Origin: Verrucomicrobiota bacterium
GTDB lineage: Bacteria > Verrucomicrobiota > Kiritimatiellia > UBA8416 > JBHORK01
Length of the DNA stretch: 64,000 bases
Direction: 5' to 3'
Assembly: GCA_042565725.1 (NCBI GenBank)
Contig: JBHORK010000006.1
Location: forward strand, 1,374 to 65,373
Position numbers and translations under genes: made by a program. Below, piece after piece: positions 57,045 to 64,000 of this stretch. The number at the start of each line of letters is the position of its first letter. The stretch's first letter is position 1. The notes under the pieces were generated by a model. That model saw only the letters and a list, made by a program, of their open reading frames with translations, was not told where the DNA came from and made no database searches.

Positions 57045-57446
57045 TTTCTATCTCCTTCCTATTTCGTATCTCGTGAAGCGTATCTCGTATTTCGCCTTTC
57101 TCAACGTTCGATGTCCTCCCTTCATTTTCGTCTAGCGGTTGCGGCTTCCCCCCTCCAAAATTCCTAATTTTATCCGCGCCAAGTTCATCTGCGGTTCCTT
57201 TCTTTTTCTTCCCAATTTCTTCTTCTAATTCATGCTTCGCACTTCATGGCTTCCTTCTTCGCTCAAATAGCTACGAAGGATAAAACGCCGAACAAGTCAC
57301 TCATCATTTATAATTCCCTTCTCCCCCCCCTGAAACCCGACACCTGAAACCTTTTCTATCTCCATATATAGAAGGAAGAAATGAAAGAAAGGGTTTTCCG
57401 GAAAAAGTTAATATTTCTTCATGCGGGAGTCGGGAGTAGGAAAAGG

Positions 57447-58250
57447 TCAATCGTGTTTGGGAGGATTTTCCGTTTCTTTATCATCGCGGCTTTCAGAAAC
57501 AGTATTTTTTAAGTCCTTGCCTGTTTCGTAAGGGGTTCTCGACTCAGCCGCTAAAGGCAGTTCTTTTTTCTGTTCTAAATGATATGTAACAGCAGTATCA
57601 GGCCTTTCCTGCACAACTTTCATCAGTTCTGCTTCTTCCTGTTGATAGATTTTCCTTGGATCTTCCGGATGATAAATTGGCGGACCAACCCGTTTCTCGA
57701 GACCTATGGGTAAGTTGGCTTTTTCTGTCAGATGCTTAAACAAGGTCATCGCCTCATTTTTCTCGTCTTCCGATAAATCATCTACCATCCAGCTTTTTTG
57801 GAGAATATTTGACGGAATAGAATGTGCATTCCACAGACAGAGCACTTTCACACAGGGGACCTTGCGCCCTGTCAATAACTCTCCATTTGAAGCTGGTTCA
57901 GAAAAGCGGCTGTAAGGCGCGGCGAGGAAAGAATCATGTTTCGATTCCTGTAGAACAGCAACATATAGGGGTCTGTCTATGACAGGCGAGATTTCCGGTG
58001 AAAGAAGACGTATCTGGCCGGAGCGAACCGGCGGTTCATTCCTGACAGGATCAATGACGTTATCAACATCTTGCTCGCAGAGCTGTGGTGTTGTTTCTGT
58101 AGGCCTCTTATCATTTTCTACGTCTTTAGAGAGCTTAAGCTCCTTATCAATCTCCCACTCAGCCAGCCAACGCGCAAACCGCTGCTTCTGCCAGCCGGGC
58201 ACCGACTTGATCTTTAATTCCGGTAATTTTGTTTTTTTCTTTTTACTCAT
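57447..58250 (-). CDS. Hypothetical protein (267 aa, lysine-rich N-terminus and acidic C-terminus)
   Basis: Lies 12 nt downstream of the sigma-like ORF. I recognise no family. Confidence 0.65.
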   Translation of the reverse strand: MSKKKKTKLPELKIKSVPGWQKQRFARWLAEWEIDKELKLSKDVENDKRPTETTPQLCEQDVDNVIDPVRNEPPVRSGQIRLLSPEISPVIDRPLYVAVLQESKHDSFLAAPYSRFSEPASNGELLTGRKVPCVKVLCLWNAHSIPSNILQKSWMVDDLSEDEKNEAMTLFKHLTEKANLPIGLEKRVGPPIYHPEDPRKIYQQEEAELMKVVQERPDTAVTYHLEQKKELPLAAESRTPYETGKDLKNTVSESRDDKETENPPKHD

Positions 58251-58262
58251 GAAACTTCTTCT

Positions 58263-59081
58263 TTATTCAGCAAAGAGATGCGCACATGCTTTTTCCGATT
58301 TCCCCCAGTTCCACACATTCTCTTTTATATTGCTGATTGTCATCATAGTAAGCCTGAGTACTGATTCATGCCCATCATCCGGATATTCATTTATCAGTTT
58401 GCTGGCAATCTTTTTCATGAAATTGTGATAAGCAGTATTCAGTACGCTTTTTTTGCATCCAGCAAGTTGAATGATAGCTTTATCTGCAAGGGACACACCT
58501 ATATCTTTCGCGAGAAATGCTACTCGTTCACGTTGCTCCATATCTCTAAAAACATCTTTCGCATGTCTCTCTGCGAGTTCTTCATATTCGTGAAGTTCAG
58601 CTTCACAAGACGGGTCTATATCTCCCGGAAGAAGATCTTCGAGTGTAAAGGTGCCTTCAGCCGAAAGAGGTTTGTTGAATGATACCATATTATTCGGTGA
58701 ATATTCCCGCCTAAGATGCTCCCGCACAACATCACGCATGATTAACGACGCCCCTCCCTGTATTACGTCAATAGGAGCATCATCCGAACATCTTGTTCTG
58801 GCAAAAAGCCAGTCCTTGTAACGCTTGCCCTGTTTTGTTGTTTTTACGACAAGGTGCGTTTCGAACATATGCCAGGCATCTTTTTTATCGGGAACCAGTG
58901 CTTGCCCGTTCCCGACACTGGTACGATGAACGTACTGGAATGCCAGCTTGCGAAAGCGCAGAAAAGCAAACTGGCGCAGTTGTTCCTGTATTTCTTCGGA
59001 ACACAACGCTAAAGCACATTTCTCTTTCCATTCTATCCAGTGACTAATCATGGATCTTAAATAATACAAACACTTTGACAT
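58263..59081 (-). CDS. Hypothetical protein with a sigma-70 region-4-like HTH
   Basis: MEQRERVAFLAKDIGVSLADKAIIQLAGCKKSVLNTAYHNFMKKI resembles region 4 of ECF and sigma-70 factors. The N-terminal half is not recognisable. Confidence 0.6.
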   Translation of the reverse strand: MSKCLYYLRSMISHWIEWKEKCALALCSEEIQEQLRQFAFLRFRKLAFQYVHRTSVGNGQALVPDKKDAWHMFETHLVVKTTKQGKRYKDWLFARTRCSDDAPIDVIQGGASLIMRDVVREHLRREYSPNNMVSFNKPLSAEGTFTLEDLLPGDIDPSCEAELHEYEELAERHAKDVFRDMEQRERVAFLAKDIGVSLADKAIIQLAGCKKSVLNTAYHNFMKKIASKLINEYPDDGHESVLRLTMMTISNIKENVWNWGKSEKACAHLFAE

Positions 59082-59435
59082 GGCTCAAAGCGAATTTTGC
59101 GTTGAGGCGCAAAATAAAGGCCCTGAAGCAGAGTCCCGCAGGAGCGGGACACGCTTCACCCGCATATTGCATGAACAAAACGAAAAGGGTTTTATAAAGA
59201 CTTATAGCAATGATAGTTGTGAGCATTTCTGACATAAAATCAAAAGACACACTTTGTAATGTTGATATTTTTCAGATATTTTTCGTTTTGTTCACCCTGC
59301 GGGCCAGCCCAGATCACTGAATCGCCTTTGTTCTCAAGGGTTTGCGGTATGTTATACAGCTTCACCCTTGACGCCGTGGCGTTTCAGCAATCTGAACTGG
59401 TGCAATAATGCGGTTCAAGGCTCCATCGACTTTAT

Positions 59436-59789
59436 TTATTCGTTCTTCCCGTTGTTAACTGGGCGGCCGAGGAAGTCCACGCGACTTGCCCGAACGCGCA
59501 ATTTGTTTCGTTTCTCCCCATTTTCGGTTTCCCACTGATCAAAGTGGAGTTTTCCTTCAACAAGTACATGCGAGCCTTTGGCAAGGTGTTCGCCGCATGT
59601 TTCCGCCTGTTTGCCCCACAGGGATATATCCACATAGCAGGTAGAACCATTGCCGTTTTTCTCATCATTCTTACGGCCCTGAGCAGTTGCCAGGCTCAGA
59701 TCGGCAACAGTCGCTCCTGTTGAGACTTTCCGTACTCTTGGATCTCTTGTCAAATTTCCTGCCAGCAGTACATGATTTACATTTGTCAT
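59436..59789 (-). CDS. SSB-like OB-fold protein lacking the acidic C-terminal tail (117 aa)
   Basis: NHVLLAGNLTRDPRVR...YVDISLWGKQAETCGEHLAKGSHVLVEGKLHFDQWE... is closely similar to the ssb OB domain at 56622-57044. It ends ...RPVNNGKNE with no D-D-x-P-F. Confidence 0.8.
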   Translation of the reverse strand: MTNVNHVLLAGNLTRDPRVRKVSTGATVADLSLATAQGRKNDEKNGNGSTCYVDISLWGKQAETCGEHLAKGSHVLVEGKLHFDQWETENGEKRNKLRVRASRVDFLGRPVNNGKNE

Positions 59790-60116
59790 TTTCTCTTCCT
59801 CCCTTGTTTTGTTGTTTTACCTGTCTTTTCCCTTACATTATCGACCGATACTAACATGAAGAAACGAGACGATCCGTTTTCCGGAATCTTTTTTAAAAAA
59901 TGAAAGAAAACTGTTTTTTGCATAATCCCGACGGAATTAATTCTGAATTCCCGTGGCGCGCCGTAGCTTCTGAGCGTAGGCGGCTAACTCCTGCTCGCCC
60001 GCCATAGCCTTGGCGGCGGCGGGACTCCTGACTCCTGCTTTTTACGCTATAGCTCAAAAAGCTCCTCTCAGTCTTCTCTTGCACGTATTCAGCATATTTG
60101 GAAGAATCTACGTCAA

Positions 60117-61340
60117 ATGACACCAAAACGGATTCTTATGCTGGATAAACTGGTGGGAAAACCAGCTTGCGCTCTATTGTCTGTTATTGAAGCAGTGCGA
60201 CGTTTTTTTTCCGGTCAACGACACGTATCACCCCCGAAACGGATCGTGTTTGTAAAGCTGATTGAGATGGGATCAACTGTCCTGGCTTGCCCCGCCTTTA
60301 AAGAAGCCTCCAAGCTTGTAGGAAAAAACAACATGTTTTTCCTGGCATTCGAACAAAACCGCCCCATTGTAGATCTTCTCCCGTATTTTAAACCGGAAAA
60401 CATCATCACCATAGATGACTCTAATCTTCCAAAATTTATCTCAGGATTATGGCGCGCAATGATACGAATGCGGCGTGAGAAAATTGACGCGGCAATAGAC
60501 ATGGAGGGACTTACCCGTTCTTCGGCTATCATCACGTATCTTACCGGTGCACGCCACAGAGTCGGGTATTACAATTTTACTTCAGAAGGACCTTATCGAG
60601 GCCGCCTGTTCACACATGAATTAAATTACAGTTTTCAGCACCATATCAGCCGTTCATTCACTGCTCTTGTGCGTGCACTTAAAGCACCCGCTTCACAGAC
60701 CCCTATGCTGAAAGAACAAATTAAAAATGAAAAAGAACTGCCCCAATTCAAGCCGGAAGACAAAGACAAGAAAGAAGTCCGGTCAATACTTACAGCGCAA
60801 TATGAAAAAATTTTTGACGGAAAAATAGTTTTACTCAATCCGAACTGCAGTGATCTTCTTCCTCTTAGACGCTGGCCTACCGAGAATTTCATCGAGCTTG
60901 GCAAACAAATTCTTTCTAATTTCCCGAATACAGCAATTGTCATTACCGGAGCGCCAGGCGAACGAGAGGAGGCCGAGAAGATTGCCGCCATGATTGGTGA
61001 AAAACCGCGGGTTTTCTCACTTGCCGGCGAGACAACCATGCGCCAGTTGCTGACACTTTACTGTCTGAGCGATCTTTTGATCACGAATGACAGCGGGCCG
61101 TGTCATTTTGCCGCACTGACCTCTATCAACGGCATTGCTCTTTTCGGGCCTGAGACCCCTACTCTCTATTCTCCGCTCAGCAAACAAATAAAGCCAATTA
61201 CAGCGGGTCTTTCATGCAGTCCGTGTGTGAATATGCTAAATCACCGGTTCTCGCCATGTATTGACAACAAATGCATGCAGAATATCCCGGTTGATGAGGT
61301 GTATGGGGAGGCGGCGGCTCGCTTGGGGTCCGTTATTTAA
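60117..61340 (+). CDS. Glycosyltransferase family 9 (heptosyltransferase-like)
   Basis: ITNDSGPCHFAALT, ITGAPGEREEAE and a Rossmann-like N-terminal domain. Confidence 0.8.
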   Translation: MTPKRILMLDKLVGKPACALLSVIEAVRRFFSGQRHVSPPKRIVFVKLIEMGSTVLACPAFKEASKLVGKNNMFFLAFEQNRPIVDLLPYFKPENIITIDDSNLPKFISGLWRAMIRMRREKIDAAIDMEGLTRSSAIITYLTGARHRVGYYNFTSEGPYRGRLFTHELNYSFQHHISRSFTALVRALKAPASQTPMLKEQIKNEKELPQFKPEDKDKKEVRSILTAQYEKIFDGKIVLLNPNCSDLLPLRRWPTENFIELGKQILSNFPNTAIVITGAPGEREEAEKIAAMIGEKPRVFSLAGETTMRQLLTLYCLSDLLITNDSGPCHFAALTSINGIALFGPETPTLYSPLSKQIKPITAGLSCSPCVNMLNHRFSPCIDNKCMQNIPVDEVYGEAAARLGSVI

Positions 61341-61404
61341 CAGAATTCTTGCTTGAGTATAACTCAAAAACGTTACAGACTACAACAAAACAGGAGGAAA
61401 GAAT

Positions 61405-61950
61405 ATGAAGAGGTTGCTTATTGTTTGTTTGATATCATGTCTGGCACTTTCGGTATTCGGCGCACCCATGCAAGAAGGTCTTTATGAAATCAGGACCGAA
61501 GCGTCTTATGATATTTCCGATGTAGATAGTGATGATTTTCTAACCGGGATAGGCGGTCTAGGCTATTACTGCTGTAACACACTTCAGGTAGGCGGTCTTA
61601 TAACGCTGGGAAAAACACCAAACGACAGCTACTGGGAGCCAAATGATGTGTGGGGCCTGGGTGCATTTGCTGAATACAGTTTCAACCTCAGCGAATCTGC
61701 AGCGCCGTTTGCAGGGGCTTCGGTAATATTCTTATCGGCTGATAATTTAGAAGAGAGGGAAGACAAGGCAACGGTAAGAACATTCAGTATATTTGCGGGC
61801 ATGAAACTTTACCTTACCGATACCGTGGCAATATCAGGACAGCTCGCCTCCCACTGGGCAGACGAAGAAATCTACGACTACGATAAGCTTGACGAAGAAG
61901 GCAAGAAAACCGATCTTTCAATTTCAGTCGGATTAAGATTTCTGCTGTAA
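61405..61950 (+). CDS. Small outer-membrane beta-barrel protein (porin-family/OmpW-like, tentative)
   Basis: Signal peptide, alternating hydrophobic beta pattern and C-terminal ...SVGLRFLL. Confidence 0.6.
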   Translation: MKRLLIVCLISCLALSVFGAPMQEGLYEIRTEASYDISDVDSDDFLTGIGGLGYYCCNTLQVGGLITLGKTPNDSYWEPNDVWGLGAFAEYSFNLSESAAPFAGASVIFLSADNLEEREDKATVRTFSIFAGMKLYLTDTVAISGQLASHWADEEIYDYDKLDEEGKKTDLSISVGLRFLL

Positions 61951-62013
61951 GCCGGAAAAATCTCTCTCACTTGCCCGCCTGTGGAGGAGAGATACAGCGA
62001 ACACGAAGTAGAA

Positions 62014-63354
62014 TTATTTTATATATTCGTCATCTGCCGCTGTCATGTCGGAACCTGCCGCGTCGGCAGCTTCTTCTTTGGAAACTCCCTCGATATAAAC
62101 ATCAACACGGCGATTCAGCCGGTTTCCGGATTTAGGATCGTTTGGAGCAATTGGTCTTTCAAAACCGTGTCCGACAGCTTTAAGCCGTTTTTTACCTATC
62201 TTCCATTTGGTTGAAAGATAATTAAGAACCGCATTGGCGCGCCGTTTTGAAAGATCCAGGTTATATTGCTTAACAGATTTCTTTCGCTTATCGGCATGGC
62301 CCTCTATAAGAGCTGCAGACTCAGGATTGCGGGAAAGAACCTTACCAATCACATCTATATCAGCAAAATATTGCGGCTTTATCACAGATTTGTTTGTATC
62401 AAACTCAATATTCAACGTGTAAAGTATCAAGTCATCATCGCCATGACCAACAGTGGGATCTGTGTCGTCTTCAAGAATCTCATGTCCATCCGAAACCCCA
62501 CCATTATCGGTATCCTGAACAGTCGGATCGGTATTGTGCTTCCAGACCTCAGCTCCGTCCTTAAGCAAATCCCAGTCGCTATCAGGATTGAGCGGATCGG
62601 TATCATAAGTTTTTACCTCAAGCCCATCCTTGAGTTCATCATTATCGGTATCAGGGTTGTAAGGATCGGTTCCAATTTCCATTTCATACGAAGTGATCAA
62701 TCCGTCGTTGTCCGGATCGTTCGAATTACCTGCTTCGGTTCCCATTGGGATCCTTGCACCCCATGTCCAGATAACTCCACCGTCAATAATAGCGTTCGCG
62801 TTTGGGTCATCGCCAAACCCGGTAAGCATCGCACGATAATCAAACCGAACAGCCCACTCGTCATTGAAATGATACATGATACCACCGCCGCCGCGGATGA
62901 GAGAATTATTCTGATCGCCGCCAACAGGTTCTTCTCCATAGCGTGCAAGTCCTACACCTGCGGCAAGATAAGGATCAAATCTGGCCCATCTTGTGAAATG
63001 AAAAATAAAATCAACAGCCATTTGCATGGCATATGTACTGCTCCAATCCGGTGCGGGAGGACCAGCCTCGTCATTATCCTTAAGACTCGGCGCTAAATGC
63101 AGACATCCTTCAGCGCCCCATCGTTCGGAGAAATCATATCCCAGCCGCATTGACATAACAGGCCCATCCAGAAATTCCTGGTCCCCTTCAAAATCCATTA
63201 CACCTAAGCTCAGCGATCCATACCATGGAGATATAATAGCCGGTTCTTCATACGCTGCAACATCCTGTCCCATAACCGTAGTGGCCGAGGCAACAGCAAG
63301 AATCATCAGAATAATCCCGAGAAACCTACAAACATAATTAACAAGGTGCTTCAT
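62014..63354 (-). CDS. OmpA-family protein: N-terminal beta-barrel, thrombospondin type-3 repeats, C-terminal OmpA peptidoglycan-binding domain
   Basis: DPDNDGL..DPYNPDTDNDELKDG..DTDNGGVSDG repeats. C-terminal NLDLSKRRANAVLNYL...GHGFERPIAPN...NRLNRRVDVYI. Confidence 0.9.
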   Translation of the reverse strand: MKHLVNYVCRFLGIILMILAVASATTVMGQDVAAYEEPAIISPWYGSLSLGVMDFEGDQEFLDGPVMSMRLGYDFSERWGAEGCLHLAPSLKDNDEAGPPAPDWSSTYAMQMAVDFIFHFTRWARFDPYLAAGVGLARYGEEPVGGDQNNSLIRGGGGIMYHFNDEWAVRFDYRAMLTGFGDDPNANAIIDGGVIWTWGARIPMGTEAGNSNDPDNDGLITSYEMEIGTDPYNPDTDNDELKDGLEVKTYDTDPLNPDSDWDLLKDGAEVWKHNTDPTVQDTDNGGVSDGHEILEDDTDPTVGHGDDDLILYTLNIEFDTNKSVIKPQYFADIDVIGKVLSRNPESAALIEGHADKRKKSVKQYNLDLSKRRANAVLNYLSTKWKIGKKRLKAVGHGFERPIAPNDPKSGNRLNRRVDVYIEGVSKEEAADAAGSDMTAADDEYIK

Positions 63355-63446
63355 GGAAGTTCTCCTCCATCTTTATAATATTTTTACAACTTCAAAGCTT
63401 TTAAAAAGATAACCTTATTCCAATGCAAACGCAATAGACTTTTGAG

Positions 63447-63470
63447 CTTTTTGCGCTACAGCGCAAAAAG
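63447..63470 (-). terminator. Hairpin CTTTTTGCGC-TACA-GCGCAAAAAG downstream of the O-antigen-ligase-like gene
   Basis: Perfect 10-bp stem with A/T runs on both sides. Confidence 0.5.
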
Positions 63471-63602
63471 CAGTATTCAGGAGCCAGTATTCAGAATTCA
63501 GAATTAAATCCATCAGGAATATCCACACAGATAATGTCGTAAATCACTTGTTCACTTGGAGCCAATTGTGTTGTTTTTCCCATTCTAACTGCTGAATACT
63601 GA

Positions 63603-64000
63603 CTACTTATTTCTTCCGATAACCCCCATAACTATGGAAAGAATAATCACCAACTCAGCGTCCCCAAAATTGTATTCGACCATTCCGTTAGCAAAAAGGC
63701 CTAACAGCATAAGCAACAGCGTTGTCGCGTGTATTTTATCTGCCAACCCTGCTTTCCCGGCTTTCACAATCAACATTATCCCATCCGCGGCAGCACGGAT
63801 CATCCAGGCAATATAGACAAAAAGGCCTATCCAGCCGGTTTCAACCAATACCTGCGGAATATTCGAATGTAAATGAGTACGCCCTTTTTCAACAAGATTT
63901 CCGCGAGGTCTCTTTCCTGGATATTCTCTTTTCCACGCTATCTCGGCCTGTTCCTGCATCTCTTCATTGGTTAACGATCCGTATCCTACACCGAAAGGAT
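63603..64000 (-). CDS. O-antigen ligase (Wzy_C/WaaL-like) family membrane protein, C-terminal part; the ORF is open to the window edge
   Basis: ...PFGVGYGSLTNEE...HSNIPQVLVETGWIGLFVYIAWMI... plus terminal TM helices. I checked that the frame stays open upstream of the tracked Met through position 64000. Confidence 0.65.
   Translation of the reverse strand, partial: PFGVGYGSLTNEEMQEQAEIAWKREYPGKRPRGNLVEKGRTHLHSNIPQVLVETGWIGLFVYIAWMIRAAADGIMLIVKAGKAGLADKIHATTLLLMLLGLFANGMVEYNFGDAELVIILSIVMGVIGRNK

Noticed and set aside
55849-60116. Calling the ORF6N/SSB island a prophage or integrative element
   Set aside because: There is no integrase, recombinase, capsid, terminase or relaxase gene, and no direct repeats flanking the island that I can find. 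It is kept only as an island hypothesis in the findings.

Overview
The 64-kb window is densely coding chromosomal DNA. Gene content suggests a Gram-negative bacterium of the PVC type (Kiritimatiellota, Lentisphaerota or Verrucomicrobiota): DUF1080, a TAT-signal Gfo/Idh/MocA oxidoreductase, an FGE/SUMF1-like enzyme, a lamin-tail CotH giant, and many LPS and outer-membrane genes. This taxonomic guess is inference only. I found no rRNA, CRISPR array, integrase or transposase. Housekeeping genes I recognise are queD, tsaB, typA, rlmB, lexA, murJ, lpxK, trmB, ssb, sppA and a stand-alone IMP-cyclohydrolase domain. Envelope clusters include GT9 heptosyltransferases, a GT2, an ArnT-like GT39, two PAP2 phosphatases, OmpA and the end of an O-antigen-ligase gene. 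There is also an ABC-2 transporter operon and a CotH-VTC-DUF4956-HlyD-TolC block. The most unusual locus is the single tRNA-Ala(GGC) gene at 9961-10033. Upstream are two identical 162-bp tRNA-Ala-like units broken by small hairpin insertions. Downstream is a 346-bp cassette, integrated twice in tandem, that encodes only an ~89-aa GIY-YIG domain and regenerates the tRNA 3' end. Other points worth follow-up are: a patatin / unknown / ComEC-type MBL operon; a lexA-coupled small membrane ORF behind a perfect CTGT-N8-ACAG SOS box; a three-member family of secreted lysine-rich repeat proteins; an ORF6N-SSB-unknown-sigma-like-tailless-SSB island splitting an LPS cluster; and intergenic spacers built from locally reiterated 6-9-nt words that recur between loci. 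All calls come from reading the sequence and ORF translations. No database search was run.
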